A stretch of DNA of 64,000 nucleotides from Octopus vulgaris (GCA_951406725.2 OX597828.1:4588001-4652000); one strand, 5' to 3'; shown: positions 24,415 through 38,899, numbered from the stretch's first letter. Numbers and translations are program-made. The notes: generated by a model not told the origin, from the sequence alone.

Positions 24415-25450
24415 TATTCTTGTTTTCTTTTACTTGTTGCAGTCATTTGACGGAGACCATACTGGGGCAGCGCCCTTTAGTCGAAGAAATCGACCCCTTA
24501 TTATACCAGTCCCTTCTGCCGAACAGCTAAATTACGGGGATGCAAACACACCAACATTGGCTGTCAAATAATGTAGGTGCGGGCACAAACACACAGACAA
24601 ATACACACACACATAAAACTATAAATTAATATATATATCAGGTCATCCCATAAGTTCTGTCCGATTTTACCTTTTTTTTAAATTGAATGAAAATTAATAG
24701 TATTTTAGAATGACTAATAGAATTAAAAGTTATTTTTTATGAATTTGTGTACATTTAAACTAATTAAATATTTCTAATATGGAAGTATCCAAAGAGCATT
24801 TGAGGCACATAATGCTTTATGAGTACAAAATAGGAAACTCTGCAGCCGAAACGACTCGAAACATACACTCAGTTTACGGGAAAGACTGCTTGAATGAAAG
24901 AACTTGCAGAAGATGGTTTGCAAAATTCAGAAGTGGAGATTTCAGCCTTGAAGATGAAGATCGAATAAGACGACCAGTTGAGTTTGATGATAAGCACCTT
25001 GAGGCATTAGTTGAAGAAAATCCTGCATTATCAGGATAAAGCTTAAATCAAATCATGCAACTGTTCACCGTCATCTTCAACAATTTGCTCCTTTATAATA
25101 CCATTTGTTTCGTAGTTTACAGAAGCATTTGGAGGACATAACTTTCGCAAGCCAGGAAGATGTCGAAACTGACATTTCAGAGTTCTTTGCTTTGAAACCA
25201 AAAGAGATTTACATTGATGGGATTAAAAATCTTGTAAATAGATGGGAGTAAGTCATAGATAATCAAGGAAACTATATTGATGATTAAATTTCAGTCAAAT
25301 ATAACATTTGATCACTTGTTTTCTTTATTCAAAATTTGAACAGAACTTATAGGATGACCTGATACATATGACTGGTTTCTTTCAGTTTCTGCCTAGAAAA
25401 TTCACTCACGTGGCTTTGGTCGGCCCGAGGCTATAACAGAAGACACTCTT
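24415..25450 (-). mobile_element. tRNA-derived SINE (family of 34982-35388) split by a mariner
   Basis: 24415-24635 matches the 3' half and 25365-25450 the middle of the 34982-35388 copy. Confidence 0.8.
24638..25362 (+). mobile_element. Internally deleted mariner DNA transposon
   Basis: TIRs tcaggtcatcccataagttctgt / acagaacttataggatgacctga with TA on both sides. ORF 24779-25039 is the mariner N-terminal HTH (HLRHIMLYEY..G.SAAET.RNI..VYG...RRWF.KFRSGDFSLED). A C-terminal remnant follows, and most of the catalytic domain is missing. Confidence 0.93.
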
Positions 25451-25966
25451 TAAAGTATAGTGTTGAATTTCGTGTAGCCACCTGTCGGCAACTTTTCTCC
25501 CTCACCCTTTTTGGAGGGTGTATTACCTACTTTTCTGGGCTCTTTTCACAGGTATACTCTGTTCGAAATTTGCGTTAGTTTTTGTATGAAAAAATACAAA
25601 ATGAAGGGAGTGGGGCTTACTTGTAGTTTGTAGAGAAAGCGTTAAACGTGCCTGAAAAACAAAACAGTCTTTTCGCTGTACTATAAGACATGAAGGACTA
25701 TGAAAGAAGGCGAGGAAGAACCGTGGGTGGAGGAAAGAATAGAGAACTAACAGTCGATCGTTCTAGAACTCCCAGAATAAAAAAAGGTAAACACCTGAAA
25801 GACTTTCCCTCTATTCGTTACTAAATGTCTTTCCCTCTTCTTCATTGTTAAAGGTAAAGAAACTAGAAAAGATTGATCGTATTTCAGTCTAATTGTCAGT
25901 GTAAATGACTGAGGTTTTCCTTTCTTTGTCTCTATCGCTTCATTCCTTTGCTGTACGTTTAAGAGA

Positions 25967-26250
25967 GTGAAGGTGCATGGCTCATTGGTTAGAGGTATCC
26001 GGTTCATGATCGTGAGGTCAAGAGTACGATTCTCTGCTGCGCGCTTAGTTTTTGAGGCAAGGTACTCTACTTTACCTTGCTGCAATCCACTCAGCTGGCA
26101 AAAATGAATCGTAGTTATAATTCAGTCTTGTTACATTCTGTATAAGACTGGATATCCCTGAGAACTACCTTATGGTATGCATGTTTGTGGAGTACTCAGC
26201 TACTCGCGCGTTAATGTTATAAGCAGACTGTTGGTCAGATAAATAGGAGT
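25967..26250 (+). mobile_element. Diverged tRNA-derived SINE (family of 7723-8052)
   Basis: Head gtgaaggtgcatggctcattggttag...tcatgatcgtgagg and body tccactcagctggcaaaaatga, ccctgagaactac. A further fragment lies at about 26550-26670. Confidence 0.8.
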
Positions 26251-26879
26251 GCCATTAAAAAAAAATGAATAAAAGAAAATGCAAAAATATCATGTGTTTA
26301 GTATAAGCAGTGAAAGTTAAGACGAAGTAATTGCTATTCCGTTGTGCATTCGCCTTCGACCCACGTTCAGTTTGATAACAACAGTCTGCGCATCGGTGTT
26401 TATCTGGGGGCTTGGCCTCCACATCTGGGAGATCCACAAATACCGCTGTTAGGACCGGATTAACACCCATAGTGACCCTAAGACTAAAAAGTTTTTCCTG
26501 TCTCTATATAGGATCATTGTTCGTTTTCTTCTAAATACTTGGAAGTTTATCTTGCTCCAGTCCACCCAGCAGGCCAAAATGAGTTGTAGGCTGTGTGAGG
26601 TCGAATCTCCCTGAAAACTACGTTAATAATATGCATGTATGTGGATTACTGAGCCACTTGCGAGTTAATTTTATCCTCGTGTAGAAATGAAAAGTGAAAA
26701 TGACATTCAATTTTTGCTGTGTCTGTGTATCTATGTATCAACTTATCTGTGGATCTATGTATCTACTGTCTCTCTCTCACTTTCTCTCATTCTCATTCAC
26801 TTCTTCTATGTCCCTCCTCTCTCCCGCTTGTAATTTAACAATGTGTGTGTGTATCTATGTATTTACTTTCCTTGCGATG

Positions 26880-27260
26880 TAATAAACATTTAAAAAACAC
26901 AAAACGAACGCCGTCATCACTCACTGTCTCATTCACTCCCTCTTTCTCTTTCTCTCTCACTCTCTTCCTCGCTCTCTCTTTCTCTCTTACTTCTCTAAAA
27001 CATTTAAAAACACAAATCGAACGTCGTCACCACTCACTGCCTGTTTCACTCTCTCTTTCTCTTTCTCTCTCACTAACTCTCTCTTTTCTCTCTTCTGTGA
27101 AACATTTAAAATCACAAAACGAACGCCGTCACCACGCAGTCTCTTTCACTCTCTCTCACTCTCTTACTATATCTCTCTTACTCTCTCTCTGTTTCTCCCT
27201 AGCTTTCTCTTTTTCTCACTTACTTCCTCTCTGTCCTCCTCTCTCTCGCTTTCACACTCA
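26880..27260. repeat. Three tandem units of about 110-115 bp with CT-rich tails
   Basis: aaacatttaaaa.cacaaa.cgaacg.cgtca.cac recurs at about 26884, 26998 and 27100. Confidence 0.85.
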
Positions 27261-28164
27261 CTTCTTCTTTGAGGTAAGTGCAACACAGACGACAGGTACG
27301 TACAAAAAGAACAACTTGACATATTAATATTATTGTTTGTATAACACTCTGCAAATTTACTCTAACCCTTTATATCTTAGTTTACATTAATTCTAATTTT
27401 AGAATCTTTTAAATGTAGTTGAAATTTTAATCCATAACGCTCTTACTAGTTTAAATGTTAAAACCTGACTAATCAGGTTAATCCGAATCTATATCGAATT
27501 TCAAACAACTTTCAGTATTTATATACTGATAATAAGAGCATTCATGACGTTTGCAATAATACCAAAAATAGTATTCACTCAGTTTCCAACATCATTCCCC
27601 CCACTATGTTAGGTTAAAAAAATGAACATCACTATCTTAGACAGACCAAATCCACGAAAAGCCCATATGAAATTTTTCCACAATAACTGGAGAATATACA
27701 ACTTATACACAATGCTAATGGGGCAATCGTTGCTGACCTGATTACAAAGACTGATGTTTTAGAGTGTTCACTTCCAAATTTGGCAATATGTAATACCCCT
27801 GCTTCTAGTAAATTACTCCTGTACCATTCTTTTGCATTATTCGGCCGCTTTGTGACATGCCTTCCCCTTATCTCTATTCTGATTGAAAATTCCCATCTTA
27901 TACTCCCGTCTTCCCCACACAATAATCATTCCATCAGTAGTTTGCTAGTTATAACCAGAAATGGGTGTGACGAAACTAGCATTAATTTTCTTGCCTGGAG
28001 TGAACAATAGACCAATTCAGTAACCCTATCAATAATGTACCTATAATGACAACTGGAAACAGCTGTAAGCCAAATTTGCTCCAATGAAGGAATAATATAA
28101 CCGTTATTTTAAACTTGTTTCTGATATATGTATGTGTGTATATATGTATATGTATGTATGTAAG

Positions 28165-28234
<70 letters not shown>

Positions 28235-29357
28235 CCTGGATTGTTAGCAGTTTTGATTTATACATAGATCTGCACTTCCTATTTTGTAATGCTGACTAAC
28301 CTATTTGTTATTCAATGCAATAAAGTTTGAAAGATATCAGGAGAATATTTGTATTTCTTTTTCCATTTGAAATATTCCGATCGATTGTTAGACTGTTAAC
28401 AAGTTAATGCTTGCGATATATGATTCTCGTACTTCGGATCATTTCATTGGGTTCTTATAATCTGATATTTCGTAAAATGAGACTCATTTAGATTTGTTTT
28501 ATATGCATGTAATAAATCGACATAATCAAGTGTTACAGATTAGTTCAATGCACTGATTTCTCTTCAGAGTAGACATTTCTTGTTATGATTCTAAGGACAA
28601 CTTTCTCACGCATAGTATTGATTTTGATTTGATAACATTATTAGAAGGCGTCGCAAATCTTGATTTCACAAGTAATTGACAAGAGAAGCTAATTTCCTCG
28701 AACAGCGAGTCCCAGAAAAGAATGGCGTCAGATATCAGTTCCTTGGTTCGTTTTTACTAAATAAATAAAAAAAATCGATACAGATTTTATGTAACTACAA
28801 CAGTTTCCATTTTACATTCCATGTATCCGTTTTGAAAGAAATTATTTACATTTTTATAGAAGAAATAGGTTGGCCAACAAAACAGTAGGTTACGTGATAG
28901 GCTAGAAATAGCACCGTATTAATTGGATCTTACGTCTTCTTTTTGTTTGTAAGCCTATATTTGAGTCATTTACTCATTATCACCAATTTCTGTGGTGGCA
29001 AACGTTGATAAACTGATATGAAAAGACATGTTTACAGGCTGGAAATGATATATTTTTACACTCTGAGTTACCTTTGGGCTGAAAACATATATGCATGTTT
29101 TTCTCATCATTCATTAATTTGGATACATAAATTATTGATTAACTTATCTGGAACCAGGCCATATATCTGCATATTAAGACACAACGGGATCAGTTGATTT
29201 AATTAAGTTAATCATGTCATGTAGTTTCGTTATCAACTGGGAAAGATAAAAGGTGCAGCTAACCTTCGAACAAGTTGTAATCTAACCATGCATGTGTGAA
29301 ATTACCAATTCCATATAATGCAATATATTTCAAGGCATTTATTAATTTACACTGTTA

Positions 29358-29424
<67 letters not shown>

Positions 29425-30100
29425 GCAGTAATGAACAACGCCGTTCATGCTTACTTGCGAAGGGATTCAGTTCTGTATGTTCAAAATATAACAATATCCG
29501 ATTAATGTGTCACCCCGTGTAAGACTTTTCATTTAGGATAACAGTTGAAGGATATACTTAAATACTACATAATCTTGGAGTGTAAGATAAATGAAATTTA
29601 ACCATGAATTAATATACAAGTTACTACACTATCAGCATATAATGCTACAAATTATAACAATGTAACTTCTTTCGTCTTTTACTTCTTTACATCATTTTAT
29701 TGCAGCCCTGGTGGAGTTTAGTCGAACAAATCGACCCCAGAACTTATTTTTCTAAGCCTATTACTTATTTTATTGGTCTAACTAGCTGCACCACTAGGTT
29801 TCGTGGACGCAAAACACGCCGAAACAGAAATGTAATGAGAATGAGGTATACTAGTCTCCATGATAAAAAGCAAAAAAACATTCAGCAAGTAAACCTAAAT
29901 TCCAGTGTTGGAAGTTTCATACGCAGTCATAAGGAATCACTAGCTACTGTTATGTCTCTGAATATGCAGCGGTACGAGAACCTTGTTTCCACGACTGTTA
30001 CTTGCACTTATGTCCAATATGTTGCGAAAAACTAAGTGCATAGCTCAAGGTAATCCAAAGTCGTTTCACCTCAGTGAAACAGTAAAATTATTGAGAGAGG

Positions 30101-30136
<36 letters not shown>

Positions 30137-30140
<4 letters not shown>

Positions 30141-30306
30141 CAAAAACGGAGATAGGAAAGCCAAGGGTGTGATGAGTGTTGAGGACGTTTATAAGGAAAG
30201 AGATATAGATATAGTCTTTCAGCTGTAAGATTATATTCATATCGCTTTCCTTATGTGTGTCCTGAAAAGTCATCACATCCTTGGCATTGTTATCTCTTGT
30301 TCCTAA
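30137..30306. mobile_element. Short diverged foldback between (TA)n tracts
   Basis: Imperfect palindrome centred on CAGCTG (30220-30225), e.g. gccaagggtgtgatga / tcatcacatccttggc. Confidence 0.8.
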
Positions 30307-30322
30307 TATATATATATATATA

Positions 30323-31210
30323 TTTCGTTTGGGCATTTGTTTTGCAAGATTCTTTATATGAGTTCGTGTGTTGAAGCATATTCTGTTGTGTCTGGGAAGA
30401 GGCATTCTCTTTTAGTACCATATTATTTAACACACTCACGGTAAAACTTCCACTTATTTCGTCTTTTTATTTTCCTAAAATTTTCGTTGCGTCTTGCAAC
30501 CTTTTCAATAGTCTTGACTCTGTCCGTTCTTTATACTGCGTTCCCTTTTATTTGTTTGTGCGCATGTGTGTGTGCCTATACATTCATACATGTACGTATG
30601 TATGTGTGTGTTTGCATGTGTATGTATGTATATATGTGTGTGTATGCATATGTATGTATGTAATGTGTGCATTTGTATCTACGTATCCTGCATATTTATG
30701 TGCTTGCCTGTCCGTGTTTGTGGAGACATGGATCCACACATATAAAGATGCACATATATACATACAAACATGGTATATAGTTACATAACACACACACACA
30801 GATATGCACACACAAGGAGACAGAGGTGCATACATATACAAACACATGCTTACAGACACATACATAGAAAATACACAAACACGGACAACAAGCACGTAAA
30901 TATGCAGGATATGTACATACATATGCACATATTACATACATATGCATACACACACATATATACATACATACACATGCAAACACACAAACACACATACATA
31001 CGTACATGTATGAATGTATAGGCACACACACATGCGCACAAACAAAGAAAAGGGGAGGCAGTATAAAGAACGGACAGTCAAGACTATTGAAAAGGTTGCA
31101 AGACGCAACAAAAATTTTAGGTAAATAAAAAGACGAAATAATTGGAAGTTTTACCGTGAATGTGTTAAATAATAAGGTACTAAAAGAGAAAGACTCTCCC
31201 AGACACAGCA

Positions 31211-31211
<1 letters not shown>
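30323..31211. mobile_element. Foldback element with hammerhead-like motif (U3-A8 variant) between (TA)n tracts
   Basis: Arms at about 30383-30722 and 30873-31211 are reverse complements. The minus strand at about 30474-30511 reads cta-TTGAAAA-g-gttgc aagac gcaac-GAAA-at-TT-tag. The right arm has G12 changed to A. Confidence 0.85.
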
Positions 31212-31279
<68 letters not shown>

Positions 31280-31395
31280 AATACAACAACCACATTAAAC
31301 TCCTCACTCTTTTCAGTATCAAACCAAGAGTTTAACTACGGTCTGTTCATAGCACTTACTTAGCGTTACCTGCCACTCTTTGCGTCTTCTAGATA

Positions 31396-31463
<68 letters not shown>

Positions 31464-32189
31464 CTAAATAACACAATATGTTTTATGTGCTAATATTAGT
31501 TTCATACAATGAGAGCATGCCAAGCAGTACTTTGTATCCTTTCTGATGCTACCAGATGAAATAACAAACTAAAAATGGGCTAATGGGTTGTGAGAAAAAG
31601 CGAGAAAAGGCGTGAAAAATGTTTACTAGTCAGGTGTGATATTTGAAGTCGAACTTCACACCATATACGATAAATAGAGAAGTCGCTGAAAAATCCACAC
31701 CACATGTAAACGGTTAGAAAAATGTAAGCTATGCGTAACTGAGAGAACTCAGATTCTTTTTAGATCTAAGAACTCTAAGACATCGCTGAATAGTTGATCC
31801 GAAAGTTTCAGCGGTTGTAAACATACGACTAAATTCCTGTTGACGAATTGAAAAGAACCATCCTCTCCGTTTTGAACAGCTGTATCACAGTCTCTAAGCC
31901 ACTATCTTTGCAGCGTTATATTTTAGTGTCAAAGGGGATATAACTCAAATTTCATTGCTTTTGCTTCTTTCCGTTTTCTTTGTCGTTTTTCCCGTTTTCA
32001 AACTTCCACATTTTATATCTGTCTCTTTCTGGCTCGCTATCGCTTTCTATCTCATCCTATTGGCCCATTTGTTGTTTGTTATGCTATGTGTACCTTGCTG
32101 AAATTGTGCTGAAACACATGTATTATTATATTCATCTTTCACCATATGGAATCATTAATTTTATTCAGCTTCGGGCTGGACGAATTTAA

Positions 32190-32251
<62 letters not shown>

Positions 32252-32308
32252 GGGAGTAAATCCAAACTTACAGGGAAAAATTAGATTTAGGATTAAATCT
32301 AATTTTAC

Positions 32309-32340
<32 letters not shown>

Positions 32341-33076
32341 AATTAGAGATAAAACCACTATTAGGCAAATCAAACAGTGAAAACCATAAACCAAAATATA
32401 GAAATAAATTTAATTAATATAATATACAAAATATATAAAATATAATATTCGAAATTTAAATTATTTAAATTAAAGTTAAAAATTAAAAATTTAAAAAAAT
32501 TTTTAATTCTTAATTTATACTTATAAATTTATATATATATATTATTATTATTTTTATTTATATTTTTATTATTATTTTTAAAAATATTTTATTTATTTAA
32601 TTATATTTATTTATATAAATCTATTTAATCTTTTTAATTTAATTTTATTTTATTTATAATATAATAAGAGATATTATTATATTAAAAATATATAACTATC
32701 AAAAAGTATTAACAAGTTTAATAAAAGATTAAAAGTAAAAACTTGTTAATACTTTTTGATAGTTATATATATTTAATATAATAATATTATTAAAAAAAAT
32801 TAAATAAATTTAAATAAAGAAATACAATTACATAAAAAAAGAATAAAAAAAAATATATATATATAAATAAAAAATAATAAAATATATATATATATATAAA
32901 TTTATAAGTATAAATTCATAAACTTAAATTTTTAAAAATTTTAAATTTTTAACTTTTAATTTAGATAATTTAAATTTTTTGAATAGTATATTTTGTATAT
33001 TATATTAATTAAATTTATTTCTATGTTTTGGTGTACATTTTACACTGTTTGATTGGCCTAATAGTGGTTTTATCTC

Positions 33077-33081
<5 letters not shown>
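32341..33081. mobile_element. Extremely AT-rich 740-bp foldback between (TA)n tracts
   Basis: Termini aattagagataaaaccactattaggc / gcctaatagtggttttatctctaatt; inner arms tataactatcaaaaagtattaacaagttt / aaacttgttaatactttttgatagttata; centre near 32729. Confidence 0.9.
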
Positions 33082-33120
<39 letters not shown>

Positions 33121-33123
<3 letters not shown>

Positions 33124-33615
33124 AAAGGCTTCCAAATAAGGAAGCGTAGTGCTAGAAACACAAACATGGGTAAATTAATGAAAGAAATGAAAATTAAAAA
33201 CATTCATCTGAAGCGACAAGTTCGCTGATAGGTAAAGTTCCTTCTTTTTAGTATTTCCAAATCCAAATTAAGAAATTTTGAGCTGACGAAAGAAATGCTG
33301 ATTTTATTTGGCTAATCTTGAAACGTTGACGTACTCAAACGATCTATGTACTTGTGATATTTTTCTGTATTTACCTCCAAACCTTCGTGAGCTGTCTGGA
33401 GTAAACATTATCTGAGAGAAATTTCCTTTAAGTAGTAGAAATGCTAAGAAAATTTTTTTTGGCTGCTATTTCTACTAAGTTCAGTATGTGGCAAAGTAAT
33501 TTATTTTACTAAGCCCTAATTATATAATGTAATATTTTGAATTCGCCTTAAATGGTCCTTTTACATACTGAACACTTGGTGAAATTGATTAATTAATTAA
33601 TTTTACCCTCAATTG

Positions 33616-33618
<3 letters not shown>
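33121..33618 (+). mobile_element. Non-coding hammerhead repeat family B, copy 1
   Basis: 33202-33528 is nearly identical to 53060-53384, and 33521-33618 matches 52825-52912. (TA)n on both sides. Confidence 0.85.
33277..33339 (+). ncRNA. Canonical type I hammerhead ribozyme
   Basis: Stem I tttgag/ctcaaa; CTGACGA (33283-33289); stem II aaga..gctga/ttggc..tctt; GAAA (33320-33323); stem III acgt-tg-acgt; GUA site with cleavage after 33333. Confidence 0.85.
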
Positions 33619-33675
<57 letters not shown>

Positions 33676-34981
33676 GCATATTTATACACGCAGTAATATG
33701 CAGGCATATATGTACTGTTGACCATATAAGAATTTAGTAAGTTCGAGTAATTCCTTTTTGGAAAAGTGAATCTTCAAACGGATAAAGCTATAAATAACAG
33801 CATGTAAATATTTGGTTTAAAAAATTCTTTGGTTATAAAATTGGAATGCTGTATGTGAGACCCGAAGCTATGTTATAAACTTGTCCTTTAGTCTACAGAT
33901 AGACAATTGTTAGATTTTCAAAGAATATTCTAGTTCAGTTATATGACTAGGAATGTATTGTGTCCAACGGTACCATATTTAGAGGCCTAGATTAGAAGGT
34001 CGAGGATTATATTTATAAAACCCTTTGTTGAGTAAAAGGCTAAATGATTTATTTTGACTAAAATATATAAAAAAAGAATATAGAGATCCTTATACTATTG
34101 TTCATTTATTCAGACGTAATTTCATTGCATAATCAATTCCGTTGCAAAACGATTTGACATTCGTCTGTTTCTCTAAACACGAAATATTTTTATGATAAAG
34201 ATTTATCTTTCGTCCGTCTCATTTTTGATTTTCCTTTGATCGTAAAAAGTATCCTGATGTCAGAGATTAGTAAAACGCTTTAATCCAAAAGTTAAATAAA
34301 ATTACTTCAAAGGGAAGATGAGAAGATTTTCACATTCGACACAATGCCAATTTGTTGCCAAATTTATTGCATTTTTTGAATATTGTACATTTTTTGACAG
34401 TCCCGGAAGACTGACATCCCAAATGAAATCGATTGGAAATTAACTAAATTCAAACGAACATTCTTAATGAGTTTACATTTATTTTGATACTTTAATTAGA
34501 AATTTATTAAAGATTGTATTCTATATTCTTCTTTGTATTTCACCGAGGAATATAAAAACTTCATTTTTTAGGCTAGCATAAAGACGACAATGATAGTTTC
34601 TTAAAAAAAAAGTTATATGTAATTCAGAGCTCTGACTTCAAAAAATGAGACCACATTTATTATCAAATTGTATACCTGTTTTATAAAGCTAATATTTATA
34701 TTAAAAAATACAATAAGAAAAAAGGTAACAGGAAAGCTTATTTTTGAAGCTAAACCTTCCGTATGGATTTGACAAAATATTTTCCTATCTAGATAAAAAT
34801 ATATACTACTGCATATGGTTTCGCTTTCTTTTCTCTTGTATATTAATTGTATCAGTAATGTCAGATTAAAAATGTTAGTGGAATCTGTATTAACGTATTA
34901 AAGTTTTTTATCTATGAACTTCATCCTTGATAGATCGCAATTTTAAGAGCAAATGCTTTGTTAACACAAGGCCAGTATTTA

Positions 34982-35388
34982 TTTTACTCTTTTACTCTTT
35001 TACTTGTTTCAGTCATTTGACTGCGGCCATGCTGGGGCACCGCCTTTAGTCGAGCAAATCGACCCCGGGACTTATTCTTTGTAAGCCCAGTACTTATTCT
35101 ATCGGTCTCTTTTGCCGAACCGCTAAGTGACGGGACGTAAACACACCAGCATCGGTTGTCAAGCAATGCTAGTGGGACAAACACAGACACACAAACATAT
35201 ACACACACATACATACATATATACGACAAGCTTCTTTCAGTTTCCGTCTACCAAATCTACTCACAAGGATTTGGTCGGCCCGAGGCTATAGCAGAAGACA
35301 CTTGCCCAAGGCGCCACGGAGTGGGACTGAACCCGGAACCATGTGGTTGGTTAGCAAGCTACTTACCACACAGCCACTCCTGCGCCTA
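34982..35388 (-). mobile_element. Full-length tRNA-derived SINE with internal CA/TA microsatellite and (AAAAGAGT)n tail
   Basis: Minus-strand head ggcgcaggagTGGCTGTGTGGtaag...gGTTCAGTCCC (A and B boxes) and a short tandem tail. Several other copies occur in the window. Confidence 0.9.
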
Positions 35389-37051
35389 TATTTCTAGAAG
35401 ATTAAAAATTAAAATAAATAAATGTACTTGCCCTGTAAAAACTTTGGCTTAAAAAGATTATTTTCCATAAAAACATTAAAAAATTTAATTACAATATAAT
35501 ATATTAATGAAACAATGTCCTGACAATTAGATTAAGCAATATGTAAATGGAAATAAAACTCTAATTTGGAAAATATTTATGAAGGTTTACAAATAACCAC
35601 AAAACCTACTTTCATGCCAATAGCAATGTTTCAACATGATATTTTTACAACGTTTGTATATCTCTTACAAAATTAAACTTATGTATTGCAGATAAGACAT
35701 TTTCTAGAAATATAAAATTATTTTGGACAGTATAGTTTTGCGTAGTCATAAATATTAAAAGTAATTAGACTGAAATCTTCTTTAAATGTAAATTTAAAAA
35801 GGAACAATATACACTGTAGATTACAAATATAGGTATATTTATAAAGTATTTACTGAAATTGACTTTTTTGTTTCATTCAGTTGAACAACATAGTAATTTA
35901 TTTAAAGTTGTACAGCTTAACAATGAAAATAGTGCGAAATGAACATCGGAAATATATTTTCTGACATTATATATAAAATCTTTTACACGGACTGGCATAA
36001 GTTTATATCTCACTCACACCAAGAAAAACATACAGACGCACATTCACACAAACACACACACACTCAGACACGTATAATCTAAACCCTAACATCTCATGAA
36101 ACGAATGTGTTTTGTTCTGTTATATACTGTGCATATGCCTTATTATACATTCGCATGTTTTCATACACAGGCAACTCGCGCTCTCACACAAATACAAGTA
36201 TATGTTAATATACATATGTATTTATGCATTTACGTATTTGTATGGGTAAATTTATAATATATCGGTCAAAGCAACACTGGTTATTCAGCGGTAGTGAGGG
36301 ACTCTCGCATACACAGAGACAAGCGAATACGCGCGCGCGACACACATATCTTTTAACTTCTTTTATGTGAAATGTCTTTAAATGAGATCATTTCGATCCA
36401 TCGATATTGCAAATCCTATTTGTAATATCCTATGGATGGGGAATGCATCAACAAAAACACGTGATTTGTTTTTGTTGCATTAAAGGATTTATGAATTTCC
36501 CTCCAAAGTTCACGCTATTACTATATATATATGTGTATGTGTGTGAGTGTGAGCATGTATGTAAGTACGTATATACGGTAATATTTATCTGACGCTTAAC
36601 TTACTTGTGTTTTAAGACAGAATACGTGTTATGTACCATGAGAGGACTGCACATATACTTGTGCATAAAAGCACTCGTGTTTATATCGTTGACGAGCGAA
36701 AATATACTGCTATGACCGTCGGATTACCAAGATACGTGATTTTCCTATTCCTGTGGCTTGTCAATAGAAGCCTAGCAAAGACATAAGACTCTATTCTCCA
36801 TTCAACAAAATATTGTCTATTGAGGCACTTGTGTCGCAAAAAGCCTATGGCTTTAATAAGACACTGAAGTTTATTCATAAAGACGATTTTGTGTCAGAAC
36901 ACAAAATATACTGTGTTATTATTCTCATGATGAATAACGCAGTATGCTCTGTTCTAACTAACATCTGCGCTCAAAGGAAGGTACATACTTTCTTTTGGTA
37001 TTAATAGAGCTCCTGTCGCTAATCATAATCTGTCTGTCTGTCTATCTATCC

Positions 37052-37124
<73 letters not shown>

Positions 37125-37129
37125 AAGAT

Positions 37130-37283
37130 GAGGTGCTTCTTTCCGTGTCCGTCTATCAGATCCAGTCTCAGGGCATTGGTCGGTCAGGAGCTATAGCAGA
37201 AGACACTTGCTTAAGGTTCCACGCAGCAGGACTGAACCCTGAAACGTGGTTATCAAACAAACGGCTTAACACACAGCCGTTCC
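37130..37283 (-). mobile_element. 5' half of the same SINE family
   Basis: Matches 35230-35380 (gcttctttc, ttggtcgg...gctatagcagaagacacttgc, ggactgaaccc, acacagcc). Confidence 0.8.
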
Positions 37284-38899
37284 TGCAAATTTTATGCATT
37301 GTTTACATACATTTACATCCAATGCACATATGATAAATGGAAAGGTAAACTGATAAAGTAAACTGATGATTAAACGTTGATTATTTCCAAGCATTTAGTC
37401 ACTTTACCGTTTTTTTTATGACGAAACTTTACGTCCGATAATTTTCAATTAACCAAAACTTACTAAATGATTAGCACTTAATTCCAAAATATTTGCAACA
37501 TATATTTTTCGCGATGAAAAAACGGAATGTGTTCATTAATGTTCGAGATTAAATTCTTAGGCAGGCATTATTTATTCGAAAATTCTGTACATGTGCATCA
37601 AATGTACGCGGCATAAAATCCGCAAATGAGAATTTCCTATTGTTTAAACTTTCTTCTGGCAGGAGAGCTGTATACAGCTGAATTTTCTTTGTTGAGTAAT
37701 ATGCTTGCCAATATCGTTATATTTTATAGGACTTAAACCATAAGGAGTTTACTTGTATTTTCATGCTTTTGGTAAATTTACTGATTATTCTTGCTGTATG
37801 CTTCGGGCACGCTCTAAGGTAAAAAGAATTCACTTACAATGCAAATACATTGGAAGGTATTCAGATATTGCTCTGGTCCTGATCTCCGTATGGACTCTCC
37901 TCTTAATGATGCTCGTGATACAATTTAAGATTACTTTTCAAGAGGAGTAGTGCATAACCATGACAAGCTTTTGAACGATAGGGGTTCCGCACAAATTTCC
38001 CTTTCTCGATATCAGCGTAGTCACTGTCATTAGACGTAAACAAAAACTATTCCAACTTATCCTACCACGAAATATTTTCATCAGTTTGATGACATGGCGT
38101 TCTTATGAACTTGAGAAAACGAAATACAGACACAATATTGTGCTTCGCCAAAATACGTGGATCATATTGGTTTGTACTTCCAATTATTTTCAAAATCACA
38201 CTGATTAAGGACGTTCGTAATTGGCACTCATTTCATTGTAGATGTTACAGCTTGGTTCATAGCAATTAATGAGCAAAACACTTCAATAGTAATTATTTGA
38301 AAACTTTATTTCTCTTTATGTAGATGGACAATTCTCAACCGGATCTTTGTTTATAAACTCTTACATTAATATATTACAATATTCATAAAATAATAATATC
38401 AAGCAATTATTATTAGATTGAGCTAAGGGACAGAATACAATATCAAATATCAAACTGAAAATATTTTTGAAAAATAAACAAAAAATTCATGATTATATGG
38501 AAAATCATCTATTTCCCGATACCGAAACATTATTTGGACGATAATCGTTTCATTTTATGTGCATCTCACACAAAACTAATAGACAGTGTTCCAGTACCAA
38601 CACAACTCATCTGATAGACAGCAGTTCAGTACCAACATAACTCATTTAATCTGTAATTTATTACTTCTAGTAACACTCCCTCTTCATAGATTTCTGAAAA
38701 TAATCCGAAGAGATTAGGGAGAAAGTCTTCTAGAAAAGATCAGCAAGCTGGTTCTTGTAGAATTCCAGAATTTATCCGAAAATTTTATTCGTAATTCTCC
38801 AAAGATTTTCTTCTGAAGATTAGTAACTAAAAAATAAACAGCTTTATTGTCTGTTTCACTGCGCATGATCGACAGTATTCGAGATACTAGGTACTTAGT

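Noticed and set aside
26880-27260. Repeat-spacer pattern reminiscent of a CRISPR array
   Set aside because: The spacers are related CT-rich low-complexity sequence, the context is eukaryotic and there are no cas genes. It is a minisatellite.
27630-28050. Antiparallel ORFs 27632-27922 and 27780-28010 as a gene or RT fragment
   Set aside because: Only a faint RPIS-like remnant (CPIS) is visible, which is too weak to call.
30160-30205. GTGATGA...GAAA in the 30137 palindrome as a hammerhead
   Set aside because: G3/G8 cannot pair, and convincing stems I-III could not be drawn in either arm.
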